Part shown: one piece after another, positions 39,400 through 49,389 of the stretch
Position numbering within the stretch: position 1 is the first letter of the stretch
Layout: the number at the start of each line of letters is the position of its first letter
From: Chloroflexota bacterium
GTDB lineage: Bacteria > Chloroflexota > Dehalococcoidia > Lucifugimonadales > Lucifugimonadaceae
Assembly (NCBI GenBank): GCA_002719295.1
Contig: PBHC01000009.1
Coordinates: 1 to 64,000, forward strand
Length of the DNA: 64,000 nt
Direction of reading: 5' to 3'
Made by a program: the position numbers and the translations under genes
Notes under the pieces: model-generated
Databases searched by the model: none
Seen by the model: only the letters and a program-made list of their open reading frames with translations
Told to the model about the DNA's origin: nothing

Positions 39400-40242
39400 A
39401 TAAATATAAATTTACCAGATTTAGATAAAATTATTGATCTTGCTATCGATGAAGACTTATCTTTAGGTGATATTACTACCCAATCATTACAGCTAGATTC
39501 AAAAGAAATTAATTGTCAGATTATTTCTAAATCAAAAGGTGTTCTTTCTGGGAATGTTGTTGCAAAAAGAGTTTTTGAAAAAATTGATAAAAATATTAAT
39601 TATAAAGAAATTATAAAAGATGGTGGAAATTTAGCTGAAAACTCAATAATTGCTGATATTGAAGGAGATGAAAATACTATTTTATCTGCTGAAAGAATTG
39701 CATTGAATTTTTTACAAAGAATGTCTGGTGTTGCGACGCTAACAAGATCATATGTTGATAAGGCAAAAAATATCTCCATTACTGATACCAGAAAAACAAT
39801 TCCAGGTTGGAGAAATCTTGATAAATATGCTGTAAGGTGTGGCGGAGGGTATAACCACAGAAGAAATTTAGGTGATGGAGTTTTGATAAAAGACAATCAT
39901 ATTTCAGCTGCTATAAACCAAGGATTATCTTTAAAAGAAATTATCACTCGAGCAAAATTGAATTCTCCTCATACAATAAAAGTTGAAATTGAAATAGATG
40001 ACTTTGATATGCTTGATGAAGCTTTAGAAACTGATGCAGACATCATAATGTTAGATAATATGTCTAATGAACAAATTATTGAAAGTATTAAAAAAATTGA
40101 TGGAAGTAAGTTAGTTGAAGTATCTGGAAATATAGATGACAAAAGACTTGAAACATTAAATAATATATCTGGAATAGATATTATCTCAGTAGGGAAGTTG
40201 ACTCACTCAGCTAAAGCTTTAGACATATCTTTGAATTTTTAA
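39400..40242 (+). CDS. nadC: Nicotinate-nucleotide pyrophosphorylase (carboxylating); start at a non-canonical ATA/ATT
   Basis: The frame is open from 39358 and encodes DLAIDEDLSLGDITT, AERIALNFLQRMSGVAT, TRKTIPG, HRRNL, LIKDNH, MLDN, ISVG. Confidence 0.9.
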   Translation: MNINLPDLDKIIDLAIDEDLSLGDITTQSLQLDSKEINCQIISKSKGVLSGNVVAKRVFEKIDKNINYKEIIKDGGNLAENSIIADIEGDENTILSAERIALNFLQRMSGVATLTRSYVDKAKNISITDTRKTIPGWRNLDKYAVRCGGGYNHRRNLGDGVLIKDNHISAAINQGLSLKEIITRAKLNSPHTIKVEIEIDDFDMLDEALETDADIIMLDNMSNEQIIESIKKIDGSKLVEVSGNIDDKRLETLNNISGIDIISVGKLTHSAKALDISLNF

Positions 40243-40682
40243 TTTGAATCAAGTATCAAAGTGACTGGTCCTTCATTTACTATATTTACTGTCATTTTTG
40301 CACCAAATATTCCAGTTTCTACTTTTATTTGTTCTTCTCTTAGTTTTTCAACAAACTTATTATAAATTTGATAAGCATAATCTGATTTAGCGGAATTTAC
40401 AAAACTAGGCCTCCTACCCTTTTTTGTATCTCCGTAAAGAGTAAATTGACTGATTATTAATAGTTCGCCCTGATTATCTAGAACTGATTTTTCAAAATTA
40501 TCAGTATTCTCGTCTCCAAAAATCCTAAGGTTTAAAATTTTATTGGTTAAATAATTTATTTCTTTTTCAGAGTCATTATGAGTAATACCTATAAATATTA
40601 CTAAGCCTTTATTTATTGAACCTACTATTTTTTTATCAACTTCTACAGAACCCGAAGAGACTCTTTGAATTAGTGCTTTCAC
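40239..40682 (-). CDS. dtd: D-aminoacyl-tRNA deacylase
   Basis: KALIQRV, SQFTLYG, KGRRPSF, NEGPVT. Confidence 0.95.
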   Translation of the reverse strand: MKALIQRVSSGSVEVDKKIVGSINKGLVIFIGITHNDSEKEINYLTNKILNLRIFGDENTDNFEKSVLDNQGELLIISQFTLYGDTKKGRRPSFVNSAKSDYAYQIYNKFVEKLREEQIKVETGIFGAKMTVNIVNEGPVTLILDSN

Positions 40683-40954
40683 TTGGTATCTTTTTTAGAG
40701 TTTTTTTCTGTTGTCTTTTTTTGTGTAGGTTTGTCTGATGTATTTTTCTTATCTGTTTTTGCAGTTTTAGACTTAGGTGTTGATTTATAGTCTGTACTAT
40801 AAAAACCACTTCCTTTATAAATAACACTAGGTGTATCTGTCCAAATTCTTTCAAGATGAGGATTATCTTGTTTGAATTTATCTATTTGACTAAAAGACAG
40901 AAGATATTCTTCTATTTCTCCTGTTTTTTTATTCTTAAACTCGTATGTAGGCAT
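40679..40954 (-). CDS. FmdB-family zinc-ribbon-like protein lacking cysteines
   Basis: MPTYEF N-terminus and VIYKGSGFYSTDY motif; Lys/Thr-rich tail. Confidence 0.75.
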   Translation of the reverse strand: MPTYEFKNKKTGEIEEYLLSFSQIDKFKQDNPHLERIWTDTPSVIYKGSGFYSTDYKSTPKSKTAKTDKKNTSDKPTQKKTTEKNSKKDTK

Positions 40955-40965
40955 TTTATTTGTCT

Positions 40966-43161
40966 CTAAATATCTCTACTAAAACCTTTATTATAACTCA
41001 AAAAGAGTTCGTCAGATTCTATAAAAATATTTTTGAATTTAATATTTTTGTCTGATACTGTTCCTATTTCAATCCATTGGCTTTTATTTAGAATTTGAGA
41101 AATTTTATTTTTATCTTTTTCGTCATATGAAAAAAGAATCCTTGATTGATCCTCTCCAAACAGAGCCCCAGCCCAGTTATCTGGAATTTTTTTCTCTATG
41201 TCAGCTCCAAAATTATTTTGTTCGCAGCATAAGACTAAAGCCGTCAAGAAACCACCTAATGAAATATCATGGGCAGAATTTATCAAGCTTTCAGAAATCA
41301 ATTTTCTAATATCATCTTGAATAGATTTTTCAAATTTTAAATCTATAGAAATTTCTCCGCATAATTCTTTGTCAAATATTCTTTGAAATTCACTTCCAGA
41401 TAAACCTATATTTGTTCCCCAAAGATCCTTTCCTAAAACCCCTATTTTATCTCCGGATTTTATAAAACCTTTACTTGGAATTTTTATGTTTTTGTTCATT
41501 ATTCCCATAGCACCTATTATTGGTGTAGGGTTTATAGATGATGTATGTCCTTCGTTGAATAGACTAGCGTTTCCACTAATTATCGGAGTCTCAAAAATTT
41601 CGCATGCATTATTGAATCCTTCAAAAGTCTTAATTAATTCGTGAGCTCCTTTTGCCTTAGTAGGATCCCCAAAATTTAATCCATCAGTTAAAGCAATTGG
41701 AGTTGCTCCCATTACTGAAATGTTCCTGCATGCTTCAGCAATATTTATTTCAGATCCAATTTTTGGATTCACTCCGCATAATCTAGAATTTCCATCACAA
41801 CTAAATGCAAGCATTTTATCTGTTTCTTTTATTCTGATCACGGAAGAATCTGATCCTGGTTCTATCACAGTATTAGTTTGAACGTGATGGTCATATTTGT
41901 TGTATATACTTTTTTTTGAAACTATATTGTCGGATTCAAAAAGTGTTTTAGCAAAAACCTTAATATCTTTTTCATTAAATGATAAATAGGACTTATTTAT
42001 TTTGATTTTTTTCTCCTCTGGTTGATAACCTTTAGATATTTTAGCTAGGTCATATTCAGGAGGACTTGTTAGAGTTTGAATTGGAGTTTTTGAAATTAGT
42101 TCTTTATTGTTATAAATGACTACATCGTTACCTTCTATGAATTCTCCAATTATTTCACATTTAAGATCCCATTTATCAAGTGTATTAAAAATATTTGTAT
42201 ATTCATTTTTTCTTACAGCTATTAACATTCTTTCTTGTGACTCAGATAACATAATTTCATATGGAGTCATTCCTTTTTCTCTTACAGGAACTTTACTTAC
42301 ATCTATTTTTAATCCTAGATTTGACCTTTCAGCCATTTCTATTGCAGCACTTGTAATGCCTGCAGCTCCACAATCTTGCATTCCAACTAATTCATCAAGT
42401 TGTGAAATCTCTAAACAAGCCTCAATCAATAATTTTTCCAAAAAAGGATTACCGACTTGAACTGCTGATCTAAGTTCCACAGTTTCTTCAAAATTTTGAG
42501 ATGCTAATCCAGAAGCTCCATGGATCCCATCTCTACCTGTTTCAGATCCAATAATTATTAGTAAGTCTCCTGGACTATCTGCTTTAGCACTTAAAATAGA
42601 ATCAGCATTTACTAGTCCTACGCACATAGCATTTACTAAAGGATTGTTTTCATATGATTCATCAAAATAACATTCTCCTCCAATATTTGGTATTCCTAGA
42701 CAATTTCCATAACCGGATATTCCTTGAACTACCCCTTTTGCTATTTGCATATTTCTATCAATACTTAAATCACTAAACCTTAAAGAGTTTAATAATGCTA
42801 TTGGCCTTGCACCCATTGCAAAAATATCTCTTACAATTCCTCCCACACCTGTAGCAGCTCCTTCATATGGCTCTACTGCTGAAGGATGGTTGTGAGATTC
42901 GATTTTCATGACTATGGCTTTGTTATTCCCGATGTTTATAGCTCCTGCATTTTCTTCTCCTGCTTCTGTAAGAGTGTATTTAGACTTTGAAATTATAGTT
43001 CTTAGTAATTTTTTTGTATGTTTATATCCACAATGTTCACTCCACAAAGCACCAAAAAGTCCTAATTCAAGATCGTTAGGCTCTCTTCCTAATTTTTCTA
43101 CAATTAAATCGTACTCATTCATTGTTAGAGCTAATTCTTTTAATACTTCCTCATTAACCAT
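40966..43161 (-). CDS. purL: Phosphoribosylformylglycinamidine synthase subunit PurL
   Basis: WSEHCGYK, KIESHNHPS, GRDGIHGA, QDCGAAG, SESQERM, SAHDISLGG. Confidence 0.97.
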   Translation of the reverse strand: MVNEEVLKELALTMNEYDLIVEKLGREPNDLELGLFGALWSEHCGYKHTKKLLRTIISKSKYTLTEAGEENAGAINIGNNKAIVMKIESHNHPSAVEPYEGAATGVGGIVRDIFAMGARPIALLNSLRFSDLSIDRNMQIAKGVVQGISGYGNCLGIPNIGGECYFDESYENNPLVNAMCVGLVNADSILSAKADSPGDLLIIIGSETGRDGIHGASGLASQNFEETVELRSAVQVGNPFLEKLLIEACLEISQLDELVGMQDCGAAGITSAAIEMAERSNLGLKIDVSKVPVREKGMTPYEIMLSESQERMLIAVRKNEYTNIFNTLDKWDLKCEIIGEFIEGNDVVIYNNKELISKTPIQTLTSPPEYDLAKISKGYQPEEKKIKINKSYLSFNEKDIKVFAKTLFESDNIVSKKSIYNKYDHHVQTNTVIEPGSDSSVIRIKETDKMLAFSCDGNSRLCGVNPKIGSEINIAEACRNISVMGATPIALTDGLNFGDPTKAKGAHELIKTFEGFNNACEIFETPIISGNASLFNEGHTSSINPTPIIGAMGIMNKNIKIPSKGFIKSGDKIGVLGKDLWGTNIGLSGSEFQRIFDKELCGEISIDLKFEKSIQDDIRKLISESLINSAHDISLGGFLTALVLCCEQNNFGADIEKKIPDNWAGALFGEDQSRILFSYDEKDKNKISQILNKSQWIEIGTVSDKNIKFKNIFIESDELFLSYNKGFSRDI

Positions 43162-43846
43162 CTGATACCTTCTTCATTATTGATTTGAAAATAGCTAAGC
43201 CATCTTCTCCGCCGATTATTTTTTCAGATGCTTTTTCTGGATGAGGCATCATTCCTAAAACATTGCCTTTTTTATTTGTTATTCCAGCAATATTATTTAT
43301 TGAACCATTAGGATTATTCATTTGGTTTATTTCTCCATCTTTTGAACAATATTTGAAAAGTATCCTATTCTCATCCTCTAATTGATCTATTGTATATTTA
43401 TCTGCTTGATAATTTCCTTCACCATGTGAAATAGGGATTTTAATTATTTGATTACTTTTATATTCATTAGTAAAAGTAGATTCATTATTAACTTTTAAGT
43501 TAGACCATTCACAAATAAAGGATAGATTTTTATTTCTTAGAAGTATTCCTGGGAGTAAGTTTGATTCACAAAGTATTTGGAATCCGTTACATATCCCTAT
43601 TACAGGGCCTCCATCATTAGCAAAATTTATTACCTGTTCCATTATAGGTGAAAAACTTGCGATTGCTCCGGTTCTTAAATAGTCTCCATATGAAAAACCA
43701 CCCGGTAAAATTATTAAGTCTATATCACTAAGTTTTTGATCTTTATGCCAAATATATTCAGTATTAAAACCTAAAATATCATTAGTGGCATAAAATGTAT
43801 CTGATTCGCTCCATGTGCCTGGAAAAACTACAATTCCTATTTTCAA
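43154..43846 (-). CDS. purQ: Phosphoribosylformylglycinamidine synthase subunit PurQ
   Basis: VFPG, PGGFSYGDYLR, GICNGFQIL, HGEG, MMPHPE. Confidence 0.97.
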   Translation of the reverse strand: MKIGIVVFPGTWSESDTFYATNDILGFNTEYIWHKDQKLSDIDLIILPGGFSYGDYLRTGAIASFSPIMEQVINFANDGGPVIGICNGFQILCESNLLPGILLRNKNLSFICEWSNLKVNNESTFTNEYKSNQIIKIPISHGEGNYQADKYTIDQLEDENRILFKYCSKDGEINQMNNPNGSINNIAGITNKKGNVLGMMPHPEKASEKIIGGEDGLAIFKSIMKKVSDG

Positions 43847-43923
43847 CTGATTAAATCTTTACTTCTAAATTTAAGTTGTGATGAAATATATAATAATGAA
43901 ATTAGAAATAAGTTCTATGCTTT

Positions 43924-44118
43924 TTACTGGTTTTTTAAAGTAGTACGATAACTTTTTCTTTTTTTGTTAGAAATCTTTTTTTTCCTAATAGATGTAGGTG
44001 ATTCAAAGTTTTGTCTTCTTCTAGCTTCAGATACTATTGATTCTTGCTGTACTTTTTTTGAAAACCTTCTAAGTAAAGCCTCAAAACTTTCATCATCTTT
44101 TATTCTTACTTCTACCAT
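43924..44118 (-). CDS. rpsU: 30S ribosomal protein S21
   Basis: ESFEALLRRFSKKV...EARRRQNFESP; AAGGA Shine-Dalgarno. Confidence 0.92.
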   Translation of the reverse strand: MVEVRIKDDESFEALLRRFSKKVQQESIVSEARRRQNFESPTSIRKKKISNKKRKSYRTTLKNQ

Positions 44119-44175
44119 ATTTCCTTAATTCGAACTATTGATTTATCTATTCTAATAGAAATTTAAAAAAAAGTT

Positions 44176-45642
44176 CTAGGTTTTTAGAATACTTATAGCG
44201 CTATATAGCCTATTTATTGAATTTTCTTTGCCAATGGCACACATTGTGTCAAAAAGAGGAGGGGATTCTTTTCTCCCAGTTAATGAAATCCTTATAGGAA
44301 AAAATAACTGACCTGCTTTTAGTTCTAATTTTTCAGCTAAATTTCTAAACTCTTTTTCCAAAAATTCAGGATCAAACTTCTCAACAGAACTTAATAAATC
44401 TATAGAACTCTTTAAACCATTTATAATTTGTTCAGTTTCTACTTTTTTAGGAATCAAAGATTCTTTTTCAATTTTTAAATTGTCATAAAAAAAATATTCT
44501 AATAAAAATGATGAATCAGATATTTTTTTTAGTCTTTCTCTTACAAGGGGAGTTAATTCTAAAATCTTTGTTTCTAACAATTCGCTAGTAACACTTTCGC
44601 TTAATAAACCTCCATCAGATTTTGGTTTATTTACCTCTTCAAGAATTTTTTTACTAAGTTCATTATCTCCAAGATTTCTTATATATGCTCCATTCATCCA
44701 TTCTAATTTCTCAGGATCAAATACAGCTGGATGCCCTAAAATCCTGTCAATTGAAAATTTATTTATAATTTCCTCAACATCCATGATTTCACTATTATCT
44801 CCAGGAGACCAACCAAGTAATGCTAAAAAGTTTAATATAGCTTCCGGTAAATAACCTTTGTCTTTATAATCTAAAGCGGATTCAGCTCCGTGCCTTTTTG
44901 ATAATTTAGCTTTATCTTTTCCAAGAATAAGAGAAACATGTACATATTTAGGGTAGTCCCATCCCAGCGCATCATGAATTAGTACGTGTCTTGGAGTGGA
45001 AGAAATCCATTCTTCACCTCTTATGACATGAGTTATTTTCATTTCATGGTCATCAACAACATGTGCTAGATGGTATGTAGGCATTCCATCAGATTTTAAT
45101 ATAACAAAATCATCAATTTCTTTAAGGTTGAATTCTACATTTCCTCTTACTTCATCCTTAAATGGTTTGATTCCACCATCTGGAACTTTAAATCTAATTA
45201 CAATAGGCTTTTTATCTTTATTTTCCTCGTAATATTCATGAGATATCTCTTTATATCTACCTCTGTTATCATATCTAGGTGGTTTTTTTTCTCTAATTTG
45301 TTGGTTTCTTAATTCTTCTAATTCCTCAGATGATGTATCGTCGTAATAGGCCCAACCAGTATCTACTAGATTTTTTGCTATTTCACCATATATGATTTTT
45401 CTTTCTGATTGCCTTATTGGTCCTTCATCCCAATCTAAATTTAACCAATTTAAACTAGAAATAATGGATTCTTCAGAATTTTCATCATATCTGTTTTGAT
45501 CTGTATCTTCAATTCTAAGTATAAATTTCCCATTATTGGCTTTTGCGAAAAGCCAATTGAAGATTGCAGTCCTTACTCCTCCAATATGCAAATTACCAGT
45601 AGGACTAGGTGCAAATCTGACTCTTACATTTTCTTTTACCAT
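44176..45642 (-). CDS. gltX: Glutamate--tRNA ligase
   Basis: RFAPSPTG, HIGG, LRIEDTD, HVIRGEEW, KLSKR. Confidence 0.97.
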   Translation of the reverse strand: MVKENVRVRFAPSPTGNLHIGGVRTAIFNWLFAKANNGKFILRIEDTDQNRYDENSEESIISSLNWLNLDWDEGPIRQSERKIIYGEIAKNLVDTGWAYYDDTSSEELEELRNQQIREKKPPRYDNRGRYKEISHEYYEENKDKKPIVIRFKVPDGGIKPFKDEVRGNVEFNLKEIDDFVILKSDGMPTYHLAHVVDDHEMKITHVIRGEEWISSTPRHVLIHDALGWDYPKYVHVSLILGKDKAKLSKRHGAESALDYKDKGYLPEAILNFLALLGWSPGDNSEIMDVEEIINKFSIDRILGHPAVFDPEKLEWMNGAYIRNLGDNELSKKILEEVNKPKSDGGLLSESVTSELLETKILELTPLVRERLKKISDSSFLLEYFFYDNLKIEKESLIPKKVETEQIINGLKSSIDLLSSVEKFDPEFLEKEFRNLAEKLELKAGQLFFPIRISLTGRKESPPLFDTMCAIGKENSINRLYSAISILKT

Positions 45643-46517
45643 TATATTTCTCTCAGATATTCTTTAAGATCATTGGGCAAATCAGAAATAAAAGATAATT
45701 TTTCACCATTTATAGGATGTTCAAATTCAAGTCTAGAACTATGTAAGAAAGGCCTTTCTAGCTTAGACTTTTTATTTCCATATAATTTATCACCGACAAC
45801 TGAGTGCCCTATATGTTCTAAGTGTACTCTAATTTGATGAGTTCTACCTGAATATAATTTTACATCTAAAAGTGAAAACTCAGAAAATGATTTTATTACT
45901 TTATAAGAAGTTTTTGATTCTTTACCGCCCAATAAAACTCTTCTTTTTATTGGATTCTTGGGATCTCTTGAAATTGGAGCATCAATTATAGCTTCTTTCA
46001 AAGTTGGATTTCCATAAACCAAAGAGGTATAGTTTCTTGAAACATCTCGATTTTTAATCATTTCTTTTAATTTTTTATACCCTTTATTTGATCTAGCAAC
46101 TATCATTAAACCACTAGTGTCCTTATCTAATCTATGTACGATACCAGGTCTATCAATTTCTCCAACATTTTTTATCTCAGGATAATCTTGTAAGACGTTT
46201 TCACTTAGACTTAATTTTGAAGTTTCTCCAGATTTATGTGTTACTAGATTTTTTGGTTTTTCTACAACAAATAAATCGTCATCAATAAATATATAGTTTA
46301 TTTGAGAAAGTTCTTTTTTTTCTTTTTGCTCTTTAATTAGAATTTCTATTGTTGAACGGGTCTTTATAATCGTTGATTTTTTATTTTCAATAATTCCATT
46401 TACAAAACACTTATTTTCCACAATTAGTTCAGATATCTTGTTTCGAGATAAATCTGTTTCAGAAGAGATTATTTTATCTAGCCTATTTTGATTTGTGACA
46501 CTAATTTTAATTTTCAT
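45642..46517 (-). CDS. rluD: RluA/RluD family pseudouridine synthase
   Basis: S4 domain RLDK, RPGIVHRLDKDTSG, GRTHQIRVH, GDKLYG. Confidence 0.88.
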   Translation of the reverse strand: MKIKISVTNQNRLDKIISSETDLSRNKISELIVENKCFVNGIIENKKSTIIKTRSTIEILIKEQKEKKELSQINYIFIDDDLFVVEKPKNLVTHKSGETSKLSLSENVLQDYPEIKNVGEIDRPGIVHRLDKDTSGLMIVARSNKGYKKLKEMIKNRDVSRNYTSLVYGNPTLKEAIIDAPISRDPKNPIKRRVLLGGKESKTSYKVIKSFSEFSLLDVKLYSGRTHQIRVHLEHIGHSVVGDKLYGNKKSKLERPFLHSSRLEFEHPINGEKLSFISDLPNDLKEYLREI

Positions 46518-47010
46518 TTTTTTTTCTATCAAAAAATATTAGATCAACGAAATAAATAGTTAATGCAATAGATATTGATGAATCTGCAATGTTAAATATT
46601 GGCCAAAAGCCAACATCTATAAAATCATTAACATATCCAAACCTTAATCTATCAAGAATATTTCCAAGTGCTCCTGCTACAACAAGAGAAATAAAAATTC
46701 TCATTGTAAGTTTAGGTTTTTCAATCAAAATGAAATAAACAGTAAAAAATATAGCAACAAAAATGGATATATATAGTAATAAATCTCCATACGAACTAAA
46801 TAAGCTGAATGCAGTACCTGTATTTCTTGCATAAGTTATCTTGATTATAAAATTTTCAGGGATCGATTCTCCTAAACTTAAATTTTTGTAAACTAAATAT
46901 TTTGTTATTTGATCAAAAATAAAAATTATTGGGAATAAACTCCAAAATACTTTATCTTTAAGTAGCCAAGAATTGATTATTTTTTCTTTTATTGAGTTAT
47001 AATTTTTCAT
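46507..47010 (-). CDS. lspA: Signal peptidase II
   Basis: DQITK, NTGTAFS, GALGNILDR, VNDFI, FNIAD. Confidence 0.95.
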   Translation of the reverse strand: MKNYNSIKEKIINSWLLKDKVFWSLFPIIFIFDQITKYLVYKNLSLGESIPENFIIKITYARNTGTAFSLFSSYGDLLLYISIFVAIFFTVYFILIEKPKLTMRIFISLVVAGALGNILDRLRFGYVNDFIDVGFWPIFNIADSSISIALTIYFVDLIFFDRKKNEN

Positions 47011-47032
47011 ATTATATTATTATACAAATTTA

Positions 47033-48073
47033 TTGGAGGATAAATTGCATATTGATTTGAGATCAGATACGGTAACTAAACCATCGCCTGAGATGAGAAA
47101 AGCTATGGCTAATGCAGAAGTAGGTGACGACGTTTATGGAGATGATCCAACAGTAAATGCTCTTGAAGAAAAAGCTGCCGAAATGTTCGGGAAAGAAGAT
47201 GCCGTGTTTGTTTCTTCTGGGACTCAGGGTAACTTAGTATCAATTTTATCCCAGGCAACTCGGGGAGATGAAATATTAATTGGTGATATCTGTCATATTT
47301 TTTCATCTGAAGCTGGTGGAGTCTCGGTTTTAGGAGGAGTTGTTATGTATCCTTTGAAAACTAATCAAGACGGAACTATAGATGAACAAAATATTTTAAA
47401 TGCAGTTAAACCAGATGACTATCATAAACCTATGACTAAATTATTTGCTTATGAAAACACTCATGGTGGATTGAGTGGAAAAGTAATTGATAAAACAGCA
47501 TCAGACAAAATGGCATTAGCAGCAAAAAAAGCTGGTTTGAGAGTACATTTGGATGGTGCAAGAATATTTAACGCATCTGTAGCATTGAATACTCCAGTTA
47601 ATGAATTAACTGAACATGTAGATTCTGCAACTTTTTGTTTATCTAAAGGACTTTCTTGTCCAGTTGGAAGTGTAATAGTTGGAGAAAAAGATCAGATAAC
47701 AGAAGCTAGAAGAATAAGAAAATTATTAGGGTCTGCAATGAGACAAGTTGGAGTTTTAGCAGCTTGCGGAATAGTGGCTCTTGACACAATGGTTGAAAGA
47801 TTAAATGAAGATCATGAAAATGCAAAAAAATTAGCTATAGGTTTAGCTGAAATAAATAAAGTTGAAATTAATCCTGATAATATTCATACAAATCTAGTTA
47901 GATTTAAGGTGCCTGAGAATACAGGATTTGAAGTTGCTGAAAAATTAAAAGAATTAGGTATTTTGATTAATGGGTCTTATACTGATCTTCGTATGGTTGC
48001 TCATTATGGAATTGATTCAAAAGATATTGATAATGCAATTCATTCAATGTCTAAAGTTATGAACTCAATATAG
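47033..48073 (+). CDS. ltaE: Low-specificity L-threonine aldolase
   Basis: DLRSDTVT, GDDVYGDDP, SGTQGN, ENTH, HLDGARIFNA, CLSKGL. Confidence 0.93.
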   Translation: MEDKLHIDLRSDTVTKPSPEMRKAMANAEVGDDVYGDDPTVNALEEKAAEMFGKEDAVFVSSGTQGNLVSILSQATRGDEILIGDICHIFSSEAGGVSVLGGVVMYPLKTNQDGTIDEQNILNAVKPDDYHKPMTKLFAYENTHGGLSGKVIDKTASDKMALAAKKAGLRVHLDGARIFNASVALNTPVNELTEHVDSATFCLSKGLSCPVGSVIVGEKDQITEARRIRKLLGSAMRQVGVLAACGIVALDTMVERLNEDHENAKKLAIGLAEINKVEINPDNIHTNLVRFKVPENTGFEVAEKLKELGILINGSYTDLRMVAHYGIDSKDIDNAIHSMSKVMNSI

Positions 48074-48075
48074 TA

Positions 48076-49389
48076 TTATTCAGACCAGAGCTTTTCAAAT
48101 CTTTCTTTTAGTGTTTTTTCTATGCCTCTATCATTTGGGGAATAAAATTTTCGATTTTGAACTTTTTTGGGGAAGTTATCTTTTTTAATAAATCCTTCTT
48201 TAGAGTTATGATCATATGTATATCCTTTTCCAACACCGAAGTCTTTATCTACAGACGTTTCAGCGTTTATTAAGTGGTTAGGAACATCTGTGATTGGATT
48301 TTTTGATACCTCATCGTACGCATGGTTTATTGCTTGATATGATGAGTTGCTTTTTTCTGATAATGACAAATAAATGGTAGCATTAGCAAGTGGTATTCTT
48401 CCCTCAGGCATACCTATTTTATTTAAAGACTCAAATGTAGAGTTTGCAATTATCATTGCATTAGGATTTGCTAAACCTATATCTTCAGATGCGCTAATTA
48501 TCAATCTTCTAGCAATAAATAATGGATCTTCGCCATTCTTTAACATTCTAGCCAAATAATATATTGCCGCATCAGGATCTGAACCTCTAATTGATTTGAT
48601 AAAAGCAGATATGTTATTGTAATGATTATCACTTTGTTTATCATAAATAGAATTGTTTTCTAAAAGCTCTTTTATAAGTTCTTTGGTAATGGTTTTTTTA
48701 TTCTTTGATTCTTTAGTAGACATTATTGCTAATTCATAGGTATCAATAGCTTTTCTTGCATCACCTCCGCATCCATTAAGTATTGTATTCAATACGTCTT
48801 TATCAAATTTAATATTTTTTTTAGAAAAAGATTCGTCAGAAAAAGCTTCTAATTTTTTAATGATTTTTCCTATAGATGTAGAACTATGAGGTTCAAACTT
48901 AAATATTTTCACTCTTGAAATTAATGGGTTAATAATTGAAAATCCAGGATGCTCTGTTGTTGCTCCAATAAGAATAATTATTCCTTCTTCAATAAGAGGT
49001 AACAACGAGTCTTGTTGATTTTTTGAAAATCTATGAATTTCATCTAAAAATAGAATTGTTTTATTTGAGCTACTAGTTCTTTCATGTAAAATTTCATCTG
49101 TTAATTTTCTTATATCTGATAACCCCGAAGATACAGCCGAAAGTGACTTAAAGTTTAAATTTGTAACATTAGAAATAATTTTCGCTAAAGTTGTTTTTCC
49201 TGTTCCTGGGGGCCCCCAAAAAATCATTGATGGGATTGTTTTATTTTCAATTAGATTTCTTAAGATTTTCCCTTTCCCCAAAATATGCTCTTGCCCTATG
49301 AATTCATCTAAGGAATTTGGTCTAATCCTTGATGATAAAGGAGAATTTGATAAAAGTTCTTTTCTAGCGTTATGTTCAAATAGAGTCAT
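48076..49389 (-). CDS. rarA: Replication-associated recombination protein A
   Basis: RP..LDEFIGQEH, WGPPGTGKTT, DEIHRF, SAFIKSIRGSDPD, SEDIGLA. Confidence 0.95.
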   Translation of the reverse strand: MTLFEHNARKELLSNSPLSSRIRPNSLDEFIGQEHILGKGKILRNLIENKTIPSMIFWGPPGTGKTTLAKIISNVTNLNFKSLSAVSSGLSDIRKLTDEILHERTSSSNKTILFLDEIHRFSKNQQDSLLPLIEEGIIILIGATTEHPGFSIINPLISRVKIFKFEPHSSTSIGKIIKKLEAFSDESFSKKNIKFDKDVLNTILNGCGGDARKAIDTYELAIMSTKESKNKKTITKELIKELLENNSIYDKQSDNHYNNISAFIKSIRGSDPDAAIYYLARMLKNGEDPLFIARRLIISASEDIGLANPNAMIIANSTFESLNKIGMPEGRIPLANATIYLSLSEKSNSSYQAINHAYDEVSKNPITDVPNHLINAETSVDKDFGVGKGYTYDHNSKEGFIKKDNFPKKVQNRKFYSPNDRGIEKTLKERFEKLWSE

